DNA of 64,000 bases from an uncultured delta proteobacterium (GTDB lineage: Bacteria; Desulfobacterota; Syntrophia; Syntrophales; UBA5619): NCBI GenBank assembly GCA_963817385.1, contig CAWFOM010000010.1, positions 315,344-379,343 of the forward strand, in the 5' to 3' direction. The notes under the pieces were generated by a model, which ran no database searches, was not told where the DNA came from, and saw only the letters and a program-made list of their open reading frames with translations. This document shows positions 1 to 12,330 of this stretch, piece after piece. Position numbers and translations under genes: made by a program. Numbering within the stretch: position 1 is the first letter of the stretch; every line of letters starts with the position of its first letter.

Positions 1-749
1 CCGTCGATTCCGTGGAGAGCCTTCACCTCCAGATGGAAGCGATGAAGGTCTCCTTCGCTTTAGCAAAGCAGCATATCGCCGACCGGGCTTGGATGACCAT
101 CGAACCTGCTTCGCTTCTGGAAGACTCCTTTCTGGAAGGCCATTCCCGTACTATCCGGATGGACCGTGCCGCCTTCCCGGCATCTTCCATACCCCCGGAT
201 GGAGGAACCGTCTATCTGACAACCGCCGATAAAAACGGAATGATGGTGTCCTATATCCAGTCCAATTACCGTGGTTTCGGATCAGGGATTGTCATTCCCG
301 GCACTGGGATCAGCCTTCAGAACCGCGGTGCGGGGTTCACCCTTGAGGAAGGTCATCCCAACTGTGTCGACGGCGGGAAACGCCCCTATCACACTATTAT
401 TCCGGCATTTCTGTTGCGGGACGGAGCCCCTTTGATGAGTTTCGGCGTCATGGGCGCCCATATGCAGGCACAGGGACACCTGCAGATGATGCTCCGCATC
501 ATCGCTTACGGGCAAAACCCGCAGGCCGCAGCCGATGCCCCCCGCTGGTACCTCGATGAGGAATCGCGCTTGTCTCTCGAGCCGGGTTTTGGTCCTTCCA
601 TTCGCGAAGAGCTTCGGGACCGGGGCCATCGGTTGACCCCCGATATTCCGACCTCCGTCTTCGGCGGGGCACAGCTCATCTATCGTTTGCCACACGGCTA
701 CTGTGCTGCCTCAGATCCAAGAAAAGACGGCCAGGCCGTCGGTTTCTAA
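1..749 (+). CDS. ggt: gamma-glutamyltransferase, C-terminal part (5' end outside window)
   Basis: Frame is open to the window edge. Motifs GTVYLTTADKNGMMVS, KRPYHTIIPAF and terminal DPRKDGQAVGF are typical of GGT. Confidence 0.9.
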   Translation, partial: VDSVESLHLQMEAMKVSFALAKQHIADRAWMTIEPASLLEDSFLEGHSRTIRMDRAAFPASSIPPDGGTVYLTTADKNGMMVSYIQSNYRGFGSGIVIPGTGISLQNRGAGFTLEEGHPNCVDGGKRPYHTIIPAFLLRDGAPLMSFGVMGAHMQAQGHLQMMLRIIAYGQNPQAAADAPRWYLDEESRLSLEPGFGPSIREELRDRGHRLTPDIPTSVFGGAQLIYRLPHGYCAASDPRKDGQAVGF

Positions 750-954
750 GAGGGTATATTGGGCAAATGAAGTGTAACCAAGCCGATGCTCCGAATCGCC
801 GGTACACCTGACATTTCCCACACCGGGAAAACCGATAAAACACCAAATCTCATTGACTTTCTCTTCTGTTTCTGTTTATGTGCCGCAGTTTTCGTCGTAG
901 CGGCTAAGTATTTTCACCGTTAACCGCCGACAGGATCGGTGTTGGTTTGTTGAT

Positions 955-1992
955 ATGAAACTTGAAGAATTCGACTACGCCCTTCCGGAAGAACTGATCG
1001 CCCAGGAACCCGCCGCGGTCAGGGACCTCTCCCGGATGATGGTCGTGCACCGGCTGACGGGGCGCATCGATATCCGTTCGTTCCGCGATCTTCCGGAATA
1101 CATCGGCCCGGGCGACGTGATCGTCGTCAACGACTCCCGCGTCTTTCCGGCGCGTCTCATCGGCCGGAAGGGGACCGGCGGACTGATCGAGATCCTCCTG
1201 CTCACCCGCAGTCAGGACGTGCTGCCGGGCGAGCACTGGGAGGTCCTCCTGCGGCCCGCCAAACGGGTCGCCATCGGGATGACCATCTCTTTTGCCGACG
1301 CGTGCCAGGCGACGGTCGTCAGCCGCCTGTCAGAAAAACAGTGGCTCCTGGAATTCACCACCTCGATGCCGTTCGAGGAGTTTCTCGCCCGGCAGGGAAG
1401 AGCCCCGCTGCCGCCCTACATAAAACGCAAACGGGATCGGTCGCGTTCGGAACGTGATCTGGAGAGATACCAGACGGTCTATGCCCGCGTGAAAGGTTCG
1501 GTCGCGGCGCCGACGGCGGGCCTCCACTTCACGCCGGGGGGCCTGGATCGGCTGCAAAGCCTCGGCGTAACCATTGCCCCCGTCACACTCCACATCGGCT
1601 ACGGGACATTCCTGCCCATCGAAACAAAGCGCGTGGAGGATCATGTCATGGAGGAGGAGCATTTCGCCCTCGGCGAGGAAACCGCCCGAAAGGTCAACGA
1701 AGCAACGCGGGTCATCGCCGTCGGGACGACCGCGACCCGCGTCCTGGAGTCTGTCGCCGGCGAAGAGGGTCGGATCGGGCCTGCTGCCCGCTCGACCAGG
1801 CTCTATATCTATCCCGGGTATCGGTTCCGGCGCGTCGATGCGCTTCTCACCAATTTTCACCTCCCGAAATCGTCCCTCTTTCTCCTGGTGTCCGCCTTCG
1901 CGGGCCGGGAACTGATAAAGAAGGCCTACCGCCTCGCCATCGAGAACCGGCTCCGTTTTTACAGTTATGGGGACTGCATGCTGATCCTGTAG
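955..1992 (+). CDS. queA: S-adenosylmethionine:tRNA ribosyltransferase-isomerase
   Basis: 345 aa. N-terminus MKLEEFDYALPEELIAQEP, then PPYIKR, VAAPTAGLHFT, TNFHLPKSSL. Lies directly upstream of tgt. Confidence 0.95.
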   Translation: MKLEEFDYALPEELIAQEPAAVRDLSRMMVVHRLTGRIDIRSFRDLPEYIGPGDVIVVNDSRVFPARLIGRKGTGGLIEILLLTRSQDVLPGEHWEVLLRPAKRVAIGMTISFADACQATVVSRLSEKQWLLEFTTSMPFEEFLARQGRAPLPPYIKRKRDRSRSERDLERYQTVYARVKGSVAAPTAGLHFTPGGLDRLQSLGVTIAPVTLHIGYGTFLPIETKRVEDHVMEEEHFALGEETARKVNEATRVIAVGTTATRVLESVAGEEGRIGPAARSTRLYIYPGYRFRRVDALLTNFHLPKSSLFLLVSAFAGRELIKKAYRLAIENRLRFYSYGDCMLIL

Positions 1993-1997
1993 GGTGA

Positions 1998-3119
<1,122 letters not shown>

Positions 3120-3182
3120 TGGGTGCGACTCCGGCGAAAAATTAAAATGCAATGATTATTTCTGATAAGGGAGGGCTTTACT

Positions 3183-3518
3183 GTGACGAATCTGGCTTAT
3201 GCGATGGGCTCACTACCGGGCGGAGGGGGTGGTGGAGGCGCCGCCGGCGGCGATTTCAGTTTTATCATTATGATGGGCATTCTTTTTGCCATCTTTTACT
3301 TTCTTCTGATCCGGCCCCAGCAGAAAAAACAGAAGGAGGTCAAGAATATGATCGCAAATCTCGCCCACGGAGACCTGGTGATGACCTCCGGCGGGATTCA
3401 GGGGAAGGTCACGGCGCTGACCGACACGGTCGTGACGATCGAGATCGCTGACAAGGTCAAGATAAAGGTCGCCAGGAACTTTATCGGCGCCGTCCTGCAA
3501 AAGGCGCCAAAGGAATAA
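3183..3518 (+). CDS. yajC: preprotein translocase subunit YajC
   Basis: 111 aa with one TM segment followed by RPQQKKQKE and GDLVMTSGGIQGKV. Sits between tgt and secD. Start is GTG 3183, or ATG 3204. Confidence 0.85.
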   Translation: MTNLAYAMGSLPGGGGGGGAAGGDFSFIIMMGILFAIFYFLLIRPQQKKQKEVKNMIANLAHGDLVMTSGGIQGKVTALTDTVVTIEIADKVKIKVARNFIGAVLQKAPKE

Positions 3519-3536
3519 GGCTGAAAGGGGTAAACC

Positions 3537-5138
3537 ATGTTTAAAAGTATCCGAATCAGGGCCGCCCTCACGATCGTCATCTGTCTGGCCGCGCTCGTCT
3601 ATCTGGCGCCCACGCTGACGTCAGATCTTCCCGAGATCTGGAAGAATTACCTCCCGACGGATAGGATCCATCTCGGACTCGACCTGCAGGGGGGGATGCA
3701 TCTTGTCCTGGAGGTGGAGACCGCCAAGGCGGTGGAGAGCACCCTGGAGAGAACCGTAAACGATCTTAAGGAAAACCTCATGGATAAACGGATTCGCTTC
3801 AAGCTCCGCGATCGAACCAAGGAGAAAAACGTCTCGTTCGATTTTCCGGACGCCGCGTCGCGCGATGCCTTCGACAAGATCCTCAAGGACGAGTACCCGG
3901 ACCTTGAAACTGCAACCTCCGAGATGGTGGAAGGCAGGGGCGTGGTATCCCTGAAGATCAAGGATAAACGCGCCGTTGAGATAAAGAAGATGGCCGTCGA
4001 ACAGAGCCTGGAGACGATCCGGAACCGCGTCGATCAATTCGGCATCTCCGAACCGGAGATCATCCCGCAGGGGGCGGATCGGATCATCGTTCAGCTCCCC
4101 GGGGTTAAGGATCCGGCCCGGGCCAAAAACCTGATCGGCCGGACGGCCCTTCTGGAATTCAAGCTCGTCGACGAGGAGCACAGCCTTGATGACGCCCTCA
4201 AGGGAAACGTCCCCGAGGGGGACATTGTCGCCTATGAATCCCGACTGGACCGGACCTCGGGACGCAGGTCCCAGAACCCGATCCTTCTCAAAAACAAGTC
4301 CCTCCTGACGGGCGACGCCCTGGAGAACGCCAAGGTCCAGATCGGCGACCGCTTCGGGGAACCGCACGTATCCATCAAGTTCAACGCCCAGGGGGCAAAG
4401 GACTTCGACCGGATCACCGGAGAAAACGTCAAAAAACGTCTGGCCATCGTCCTGGACGGCACGGTCCACTCCGCCCCGGTGATCCAGGAGCAGATCTCCG
4501 GGGGGCAGGCCCAGATCACCGGCTCGTTTACGATGGAAGAGGCAACCGATTTGGCGATCGTCCTGCGCGCGGGCGCGCTTCCCGCGCCGGTGAACATCCT
4601 CGAGGAGCGGACGGTCGGTCCCTCCCTCGGCCAGGATTCGATTGACAAGGGTACCTGGGCAAGCATCATCGCCGGCATTCTGATTTTCATCTTCATGGTC
4701 TTTTACTACCGGATGACCGGACTTATCGCCGACGTCGCCCTGGCCATGAACATGCTGCTCCTGCTCGGCGTCATGGTTGCCTTCAAGGCGACGCTGACCC
4801 TCCCCGGCATCGCCGGCATCGTGCTCACCATCGGCATGGCCGTGGACGCAAACGTCCTGATCAACGAACGGATCAGGGAGGAGCTCCGGCTGGGGAAGAC
4901 GCCGCGGGCGGCCATCGAGGCCGGCTATACGAAGGCCTTTTTGACGATCTTCGACTCCAATGTGACGACCCTCGTGGCGGCGCTCTTCCTCTTCGGCTTC
5001 GGCACCGGTCCGGTTAAGGGATTCGCCGTTACGCTGACCATCGGCATCGTCGTCAGCATGTTTACCGCCGTTTTCGTCACGCGGATCATCTTCGACTACT
5101 TCGTCTGGAATCGAAAGATCCAGGCGATCAGCATTTAG
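3537..5138 (+). CDS. secD: protein translocase subunit SecD
   Basis: 533 aa. LGLDLQGGMHLVLEV, periplasmic domain, C-terminal TM bundle with GIAGIVLTIGMAVDANVLINERIREE. Confidence 0.95.
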   Translation: MFKSIRIRAALTIVICLAALVYLAPTLTSDLPEIWKNYLPTDRIHLGLDLQGGMHLVLEVETAKAVESTLERTVNDLKENLMDKRIRFKLRDRTKEKNVSFDFPDAASRDAFDKILKDEYPDLETATSEMVEGRGVVSLKIKDKRAVEIKKMAVEQSLETIRNRVDQFGISEPEIIPQGADRIIVQLPGVKDPARAKNLIGRTALLEFKLVDEEHSLDDALKGNVPEGDIVAYESRLDRTSGRRSQNPILLKNKSLLTGDALENAKVQIGDRFGEPHVSIKFNAQGAKDFDRITGENVKKRLAIVLDGTVHSAPVIQEQISGGQAQITGSFTMEEATDLAIVLRAGALPAPVNILEERTVGPSLGQDSIDKGTWASIIAGILIFIFMVFYYRMTGLIADVALAMNMLLLLGVMVAFKATLTLPGIAGIVLTIGMAVDANVLINERIREELRLGKTPRAAIEAGYTKAFLTIFDSNVTTLVAALFLFGFGTGPVKGFAVTLTIGIVVSMFTAVFVTRIIFDYFVWNRKIQAISI

Positions 5139-5212
5139 CGGGGCCCGGGAGGGCCGTTACACCGGTCCGGGACGAAGACGTCCGGCGCCTGTATGTTTTT
5201 GAGGAGAATGGT

Positions 5213-6121
5213 ATGGAAATCATAAAAACGGAAACCCATTTCGATTTTGTCAGGCTGATGAAACCCGCGGTCATCCTGTCGGTCGCCGTGATCGTCATCG
5301 GCATCGCCTCCCTGATCTGGCACGGGGGGCCCAATTACGGCATCGACTTCGCGGGCGGCTCGCTGATCCAGATAAAGTTCCAGGAGGACCCCAACGCCGA
5401 CAAGATCAGAAGCGCGCTCAAACCGATGGGCTTCGAGGGAAGCATCATCCAGAAGTTCGGACCGAAGGAAGTCATCGTCCGGACGGCCGAGTCCGGTGCG
5501 GACCCCAAGGGGCTTACCTCCCGCGTCGACGAGGCGCTCACCGCCGCCTTCGGCAAGGGCGCCTACGAGGTCCGGCGGATCGAGGTGGTCGGCCCCAAGG
5601 TCGGAAAGGACCTGACGCGGAAGGCCATCCTGGCCATCATCTTTTCCTGGATCGGCATCCTGATCTACGTGGGGGTGCGCTTCGAATTCCGCTACGCCCT
5701 GGGCGGGATCATCGCGCTCGTCCACGACGTCTTAATCACGATCACTTTCCTCTCGGTTTTTGGCAAGGAGTTCGATCTCAACATCGTGGCGGCACTCCTG
5801 ACCATCATCGGTTATTCGATCAACGATACCATCGTGATCTTCGACCGGATCCGGGAGAATACGCGGAAGAACATCAAGATGTCCCTGTTCGACATCATTA
5901 ATGTAAGCGTGAATCAGACGCTCAGCCGGACGATCCTGACATCACTGACCGTTTTTATGGTCCTGCTTATCCTGTTTGTTTTCGGAGGGGCGGTCATCCA
6001 CGATTTCACCTTCGCGCTCCTGGTGGGTACGGTTGCCGGCGTCTATTCGACCGTCTTCATTGCGAGCCCGATCGTGCTTCTTTTCGAGAAGATCAAACCA
6101 TCGAGCATGAAGAGGAAGTAA
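5213..6121 (+). CDS. secF: protein translocase subunit SecF
   Basis: 302 aa. GIDFAGGS, YSINDTIVIFDRIREN. Immediately follows secD. Confidence 0.95.
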   Translation: MEIIKTETHFDFVRLMKPAVILSVAVIVIGIASLIWHGGPNYGIDFAGGSLIQIKFQEDPNADKIRSALKPMGFEGSIIQKFGPKEVIVRTAESGADPKGLTSRVDEALTAAFGKGAYEVRRIEVVGPKVGKDLTRKAILAIIFSWIGILIYVGVRFEFRYALGGIIALVHDVLITITFLSVFGKEFDLNIVAALLTIIGYSINDTIVIFDRIRENTRKNIKMSLFDIINVSVNQTLSRTILTSLTVFMVLLILFVFGGAVIHDFTFALLVGTVAGVYSTVFIASPIVLLFEKIKPSSMKRK

Positions 6122-6125
6122 TAAT

Positions 6126-6638
6126 TTGTCACCCCTAGAGATTGGAGGACTGACCCTGTTCATCCTGGTGCTCCTGTTCGGCACCTTCTCCGTCCTCTTC
6201 GGTTTTCCGGGGACCGCCATCATCTTCCTTGATGCGGCCCTCTATGGCGTCTTCACCGGGTTCGAGAAGATCGGTCTCAAGATCCTCGTAACCCTGCTTA
6301 TCCTTTCGGCGCTCGCGGAAATCGCGGATTTTGCCGTAGGCATGGCGGGCGCCGTGAAATTTGGCGCTTCCCGGAAGGGATTCTGGGCCTTTTTGATCGG
6401 GGGGATTGTCGGGGCACTCTGCCTGTCCCCCTTTTTCTTGGGTCTTGGCCTCATCGTCGGGACCTTCCTCGGGGGCTTCGCCGCCATGGTGACGGTGGAA
6501 CTGCTCGCCAGAAACCGACTCAAACCGACGCTCCGGGCAGCGTACGGGGCCATCCTGGGACGTGCGGCGGGAATCTGCGTGAAGGGGTTTTTTGCCCTGA
6601 TCATGCTCATTATCACCTTAACCAGTATCTATTCGTAA
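6126..6638 (+). CDS. DUF456-like small integral membrane protein
   Basis: 170 aa, about four hydrophobic helices, TTG start. The family assignment is from memory only. Confidence 0.55.
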   Translation: MSPLEIGGLTLFILVLLFGTFSVLFGFPGTAIIFLDAALYGVFTGFEKIGLKILVTLLILSALAEIADFAVGMAGAVKFGASRKGFWAFLIGGIVGALCLSPFFLGLGLIVGTFLGGFAAMVTVELLARNRLKPTLRAAYGAILGRAAGICVKGFFALIMLIITLTSIYS

Positions 6639-6648
6639 GGACGAACCG

Positions 6649-7260
6649 ATGAGTAAAACGAAATCCAAGCTGCGGGAATATATCGAAGCAATCCTCCTGG
6701 CCATTCTGATCGCCTTCTTCATCCGCACCTTCGTCATCCAGGCGTATAAAATTCCCTCCGGCTCCATGAAACCGACCCTCTTGATCGGCGACCATATCCT
6801 CGTGAGCAAATCCATTTATGGGATCAAGCTGCCCTTCATCCGTTCCACCGTCATCCCCATCGGAGAGCCCAAACGAGGGGACATCGTGGTCTTTATCTAT
6901 CCTGAAGACCGCTCGAAGGATTTCATCAAGCGGCTCATCGGCGTTCCCGGCGATACCATTGAGGTCCGTAACAAGAAGATCCTCCTCAACGGGCTTCCCT
7001 TCGATGACGTTCACGGGGTCCATTCGGACAGCATCATCATTCCCGGATCGGTCCAACCCCGCGACAATTTCGGACCGGTCAGAGTGCCGGAAGGCTCCAT
7101 CTTCGTCATGGGGGACAACCGGGATGAGAGTTACGACAGCCGTTTCTGGGGGTTCGTCAACATGAAGGACGTCCTGGGAAAGGCCCTGATTATCTACTGG
7201 TCATGGAACCAGGAGGAGTACGGCGTTCGCTGGAGTCGGATCGGCACCGTTCTTCGCTAA
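6649..7260 (+). CDS. lepB: signal peptidase I
   Basis: 203 aa. IPSGSMKPTL (catalytic Ser box), KRLIGVPGD, GDNRDESYDSRFWG. Confidence 0.9.
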   Translation: MSKTKSKLREYIEAILLAILIAFFIRTFVIQAYKIPSGSMKPTLLIGDHILVSKSIYGIKLPFIRSTVIPIGEPKRGDIVVFIYPEDRSKDFIKRLIGVPGDTIEVRNKKILLNGLPFDDVHGVHSDSIIIPGSVQPRDNFGPVRVPEGSIFVMGDNRDESYDSRFWGFVNMKDVLGKALIIYWSWNQEEYGVRWSRIGTVLR

Positions 7261-7288
7261 AAAACGAAGGATTCGGATTCCCCAACCT

Positions 7289-7330
7289 GTAAACGAGCGC
7301 CGGCCCTCTTGGTGCTCGTTTACCCATTTT
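7289..7330 (+). terminator. hairpin downstream of lepB
   Basis: Perfect 10-bp stem GTAAACGAGC (7289-7298) / GCTCGTTTAC (7314-7323), followed by CCATTTT. The T tract is weak. Confidence 0.45.
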
Positions 7331-7348
7331 CAACGGCCATCTTTTGGC

Positions 7349-7376
7349 TTGACACAATCCGGTCATTCAGTATAAA
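7349..7376 (+). promoter_or_regulatory. sigma70-type promoter of the pyr operon
   Basis: TTGACA (7349-7354), 16-nt spacer, TATAAA (7371-7376). Confidence 0.45.
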
Positions 7377-7403
7377 GACTACGCCATCAGCGGTTGGTAC
7401 AGA

Positions 7404-8075
<672 letters not shown>

Positions 8076-8143
8076 TCCATGAATCTTCGCCCCGCAGGGG
8101 AGACCTCCCTGCCGGTGCGATCGCCTACATTTGAGGTTGAATC

Positions 8144-9070
8144 ATGAAACTCAGCAGAAAAGACATCCTCGGTATTCAGGATTTCTCCGTTGAGGAGATC
8201 AATCTTGTTCTCGATACGGCGGAGTCCTTCATCGAGGTCTCCACCCGGGAGATCAAAAAAGTCCCCACGCTGCGCGGTAAGACCGTGATCAATCTCTTCT
8301 ACGAGGCGAGCACCCGGACGAGGACCTCCTTTGAGATCGCCGGCAAACGGCTGAGCGCGGATACGATCAACATCTCCGCTTCGACCAGCAGCATGGTCAA
8401 GGGAGAAACCCTGATCGACACCGCGAAGAATCTGGAAGCGATGAATCCGGATATCATCGTAATCCGCCACAGCGCCGCCGGGGCGCCCCACATGCTGGCG
8501 AGACTCCTCAGGCAGTCGATCATCAATGCCGGCGACGGGGCCCATGAACACCCCACGCAGGCGCTTCTGGATCTGATGACGATCCGTTCCAAAAAGGGGC
8601 GGATCGCCGGACTTCAGGTAGCCATCGTCGGCGATATCGCCCACAGTCGCGTTGCCCGTTCGAACATCCACGGCCTGATCAAGATGGGGGCGCAGGTCCG
8701 CGTAGCGGGTCCGGCCACCATGCTCCCCCGCGACATCGAAAAGATGGGGGTCCGCGCCTATACCAAGATCGATGAGGCCATTCGTGAAGCCGATATCATC
8801 ATGATGCTCCGTATCCAGACCGAACGGGAGAAGCACAACATCTTCCCTTCCCTGCGTGAGTATGCCCAACACTTTTCCCTCAACTCCCGGAACATCAACC
8901 TGGCCCGGGAGGATGTCCTGATCATGCATCCGGGACCCGTGAACCGCGGGGTGGAGATCTCTCCGGATATCGCGGACGGGCCCCGTTCGATCATCCTCGA
9001 TCAGGTCACCAACGGCGTAGCGGTCAGGATGGCGCTTCTCTATCTGTTATCAGGAGGCAGCGATTCATGA
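8144..9070 (+). CDS. pyrB: aspartate carbamoyltransferase catalytic subunit
   Basis: 308 aa. [29 protein letters not shown]. Confidence 0.95.
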   Translation: MKLSRKDILGIQDFSVEEINLVLDTAESFIEVSTREIKKVPTLRGKTVINLFYEASTRTRTSFEIAGKRLSADTINISASTSSMVKGETLIDTAKNLEAMNPDIIVIRHSAAGAPHMLARLLRQSIINAGDGAHEHPTQALLDLMTIRSKKGRIAGLQVAIVGDIAHSRVARSNIHGLIKMGAQVRVAGPATMLPRDIEKMGVRAYTKIDEAIREADIIMMLRIQTEREKHNIFPSLREYAQHFSLNSRNINLAREDVLIMHPGPVNRGVEISPDIADGPRSIILDQVTNGVAVRMALLYLLSGGSDS

Positions 9071-9194
9071 CGGCTTCGGAAAAAGTCCATATGCGGCGTT
9101 GCGCTTCCCCCTTCGTCACTGCGGCGTACGGAACAGTACGCCTCATTCCTCAGGAGTCGCGCGCCTTGCCTCTGGCTCTTTTTCCGAAGCCGTC
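9069..9194. repeat. palindromic MITE/REP-like intergenic repeat, copy A
   Basis: Terminal inverted repeats GACGGCTTCGGAAAAAG ... CTTTTTCCGAAGCCGTC and a central hairpin GGCGTAC-N6-GTACGCC. My hand alignment to copy B (16921-17043) gives roughly four-fifths identity. Confidence 0.7.
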
Positions 9195-9224
9195 CAACAA
9201 TTTACCCAGTCGAGGATATCATTC

Positions 9225-10511
9225 ATGACTCTCTTACTGAAAGGCGGCCGGTTGGTCGACCCTTCCCGGAAAACGGACGGCAAGATGGACCTGCTTATCG
9301 AAGACGGAAAAATCGTCCGAACCGGGAAGAACCTCCTGAAGGAGGGAACCCCTTCCGATGCGGAGGTCATTGACCTCCACGGCAAGCTGGTCGTCCCCGG
9401 CCTGATCGATATGCATACCCACTTGCGGGAGCCGGGATTCGAATACAAGGAGACGATCGCCTCCGGAAGCGAGGCCGCCGTCGCGGGCGGCTTCACCTCC
9501 ATCGCCTGCATGCCCAATACCGACCCCATCAACGACAGTCGGTCCGTAACCGAATTCATCCGCAGAAAGGCGTTGGAGTGCGGCGTTGCGAACGTCTATC
9601 CTATCGCGGCAATCAGCATGAAGTCGGAGGGAACGACCCTTACCGAATTCTGGGACCTCAAGGAGGCCGGCGCAGTCGGTTTCTCGGATGATGGGAAACC
9701 CGTCATGAATGCCGCTCTGATGCGCCGGACGCTCGAATACGCCTCTTCGCTGGATATGCCGGTCATCGTCCACTGCGAGGATAAAAACCTCTCCTCCGGA
9801 GGGGTGATGCACGAGGGCGCCGTGGCCACCGAACTCGGCCTGGCCGGCATCCCTGCGGCAGCGGAAGACGTCATGGTAGCTCGGGATCTCCTCCTGGCAG
9901 AATTTACCGGGGCACCCGTGCACATCGCCCATGTGAGCACCGCCGGGGCGGTCCGCCTTATCCGGGAAGCCAAGGCCAGAGGTGTTTGCGTGACCGCGGA
10001 AACCGCCCCCCACTATTTTTCCCTGACCGATGAGGCCGTCCGGGGGTTTGACACCAACGCCAAGGTTTACCCGCCCCTGCGCGGCGCGGACGATGTCACC
10101 GCCGTCCGCGAGGGGCTTCGAGACGGGACCCTCGATGTGATCGCCAGCGATCATGCGCCCCACGCCAGGACTGATAAGGAGGTAGAATTTGACTATGCCG
10201 CGAGCGGCTTGACGGGTCTCGAAACCTCACTCGCCCTCTCCCTTCGGCTCGTTGCGGACGGCGTCCTGTCGCTTTCCGGTCTGCTCGAAAAGCTGTCCCT
10301 CCGTCCGGCCGAGATCCTTCGCATCCCCAAAGGCACCCTCGCCGCCGGCGCCGACGCCGATGTCACCGTCATCGATCCGGAACGGGAATGGACCGTCGAC
10401 CGCCGACTCCTCCGCTCCCGCGGCAAAAACTCCCCCTTTCACGGCTGGGTCCTGAAGGGGAAGACGGTCCTGACGATCGTCGGCGGCGTCGTTCGCTACC
10501 GCGACCGGTAA
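9225..10511 (+). CDS. pyrC: dihydroorotase
   Basis: Starts MTLLLKGGRLVDP. DMHTHLREPG, HVSTAGAV, ASDHAPH. The tracked ORF from 9099 only reads through repeat copy A. Confidence 0.9.
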   Translation: MTLLLKGGRLVDPSRKTDGKMDLLIEDGKIVRTGKNLLKEGTPSDAEVIDLHGKLVVPGLIDMHTHLREPGFEYKETIASGSEAAVAGGFTSIACMPNTDPINDSRSVTEFIRRKALECGVANVYPIAAISMKSEGTTLTEFWDLKEAGAVGFSDDGKPVMNAALMRRTLEYASSLDMPVIVHCEDKNLSSGGVMHEGAVATELGLAGIPAAAEDVMVARDLLLAEFTGAPVHIAHVSTAGAVRLIREAKARGVCVTAETAPHYFSLTDEAVRGFDTNAKVYPPLRGADDVTAVREGLRDGTLDVIASDHAPHARTDKEVEFDYAASGLTGLETSLALSLRLVADGVLSLSGLLEKLSLRPAEILRIPKGTLAAGADADVTVIDPEREWTVDRRLLRSRGKNSPFHGWVLKGKTVLTIVGGVVRYRDR

Positions 10512-10520
10512 GAAAAGTAA

Positions 10521-11315
10521 ATGAACGCCAGGACGCAACATCGGACGGAGGCGATCGTCCTTCGCCTCCTCGATTACGGAGAATCGGACCGGATCGTAAC
10601 ATTCTTCACTGCCGGGTACGGAAAGATCAGGGGGATCGCCAAGGGTGCGAGACGCAGCCGCAAGCGGTTCGCCAACGTCCTCGAACCCTTCTGCTGTTCG
10701 CATCTCCTCTTTTCCCGCCGGGGGCCGGACAGCCTGGCTCTGATCGACTCTTCCGAGGTGATCTCTCATTTTCCCCTCATCCGCGCGGATCTGGAAAAGA
10801 CGCTAAGCGCCTCCTATCTGATCGACCTGACTGATCAGTTCACCCCGGACGATAAAAAAAACGAGGCGCTATTCAAGCTCCTGCACGATTTTCTTTTCTT
10901 GATCGAAGAACGCCCCGCCGCTGAGTCGATCCTCCGCTTCTTCGAAATACGCCTCCTGAAGCTCTCCGGATACGACCCGGTGCTGGATCATTGCCTGGTG
11001 TGCAAAAAACCGGTCGAACAAGAGACCCTCTATCGGTTCATCGCCGCCGACGGCGGCTTGACGTGCGCCGGATGCCGGCCCGCGGGCGCAGGCGGCATCC
11101 CCGTCTCCTTGGGAACGATCCGGACGCTCGTGTTGGGACGGGAGGCGCAAATCGACCGGCTGGGCCGCATCCTTCTTTCGGGGCAGTCCGCCGACGAAAG
11201 CCGGCAGCTCCTGGCCCATTTCATCCGACACATCCTCGGACGTGAATTGAAATCGCTTCACGTGCTAAATGAAATCCGGCGGCTGTATATCTCGCGCGCC
11301 CCAAATGGCTATTGA
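10521..11315 (+). CDS. recO: DNA repair protein RecO
   Basis: 264 aa. OB-fold N-terminus (EAIVLRLLDYGESDRIVTFFT), CLVC...C..C zinc motif. Confidence 0.85.
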   Translation: MNARTQHRTEAIVLRLLDYGESDRIVTFFTAGYGKIRGIAKGARRSRKRFANVLEPFCCSHLLFSRRGPDSLALIDSSEVISHFPLIRADLEKTLSASYLIDLTDQFTPDDKKNEALFKLLHDFLFLIEERPAAESILRFFEIRLLKLSGYDPVLDHCLVCKKPVEQETLYRFIAADGGLTCAGCRPAGAGGIPVSLGTIRTLVLGREAQIDRLGRILLSGQSADESRQLLAHFIRHILGRELKSLHVLNEIRRLYISRAPNGY

Positions 11316-11402
11316 CACCCGCGGGCTACCGTGTTAAGAACCCGACCGGAAAATTTGTCGTAAAATCAAGAAATAACGTGATCCCGATTAACAGGAGGAG
11401 TT

Positions 11403-12275
11403 GTGACCTTTCAGGAATTGATCTTCGCCCTCGAGCGCTACTGGGCCTCTCAGGGATGCGTGATCCAGCAGCCGTATGACATCGAGGTGGGCGCCGGCAC
11501 CTTCAACCCGGCCACCTTTCTCCGGGCTCTGGGACCGGAACCGTGGCGGGTGGCCTATGTGGAACCATCCCGGAGACCCACGGACGGCCGCTACGGAGAA
11601 AACCCGAACCGTCTCCAGCACTACTACCAGTACCAGGTCGTCATGAAGCCCTCGCCGCCCAACATCCAGGAGCTCTACCTCGACTCCCTCAAGAGCTTCG
11701 GAATCGATCCGTTGGAGCACGATATCCGTTTCGTGGAAGACGACTGGGAATCGCCGACGGTCGGCGCCTGGGGACTCGGTTGGGAGGTGTGGCTCGATGG
11801 AATGGAGATCTCCCAGTTCACCTACTTCCAGCAGGTCGGCGGATTCGATTGCCGGCCCGTCAGCGCGGAGCTGACCTACGGTACCGAGCGGATCGCGATG
11901 TACATCCAGGGGATCGACAACGTCTACGACCTCGAATGGACAAAGGGGATCAAGTACGGGGATGTCCACCACCAGAGCGAGGTGGAGTGGTCGGTTTACA
12001 ATTTCGAGACCGCCGACATCGGGGAGCTTCGCAAGCGCTTCGACATGTACGAGGCCGAGGGGACCCGGGCGGCGGAAAAAGGGCTGGTGCTGCCAACCTA
12101 CGACCACTGCCTGAAGTGTTCCCACACCTTTAACCTGCTCAATGCGCGCGGGGCGATCAGCGTGGCCGAGCGGACGAGCTACATCGGCCGTGTCCGGAAC
12201 CTCGCCCGGCTCAGCGCGGAGGGCTATCTCCGCCAACGGGAAGCAATGGGCTACCCCCTTCTCAACAGGGCATGA
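11403..12275 (+). CDS. glyQ: glycine--tRNA ligase alpha subunit
   Basis: 290 aa, GTG start. [43 protein letters not shown]. Confidence 0.95.
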   Translation: MTFQELIFALERYWASQGCVIQQPYDIEVGAGTFNPATFLRALGPEPWRVAYVEPSRRPTDGRYGENPNRLQHYYQYQVVMKPSPPNIQELYLDSLKSFGIDPLEHDIRFVEDDWESPTVGAWGLGWEVWLDGMEISQFTYFQQVGGFDCRPVSAELTYGTERIAMYIQGIDNVYDLEWTKGIKYGDVHHQSEVEWSVYNFETADIGELRKRFDMYEAEGTRAAEKGLVLPTYDHCLKCSHTFNLLNARGAISVAERTSYIGRVRNLARLSAEGYLRQREAMGYPLLNRA

Positions 12276-12330
12276 CCGGGAAACGGAAGGGATACTTACC
12301 GCATAAAGACAGCATAGCGATTGGAGAACA

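Noticed and set aside
8076-8143. Second PyrR attenuator between pyrR and pyrB.
   Set aside because: A hairpin is present (GCAGGGGAG.ACC.TCCCTGC), but there is no UCCAGAGAGG-like box and no U tract.
9099-9224. N-terminal extension of pyrC (the tracked ORF starts at 9099).
   Set aside because: The extension is just read-through of repeat copy A. Family-typical dihydroorotase sequence starts at MTLLLKGG (9225).
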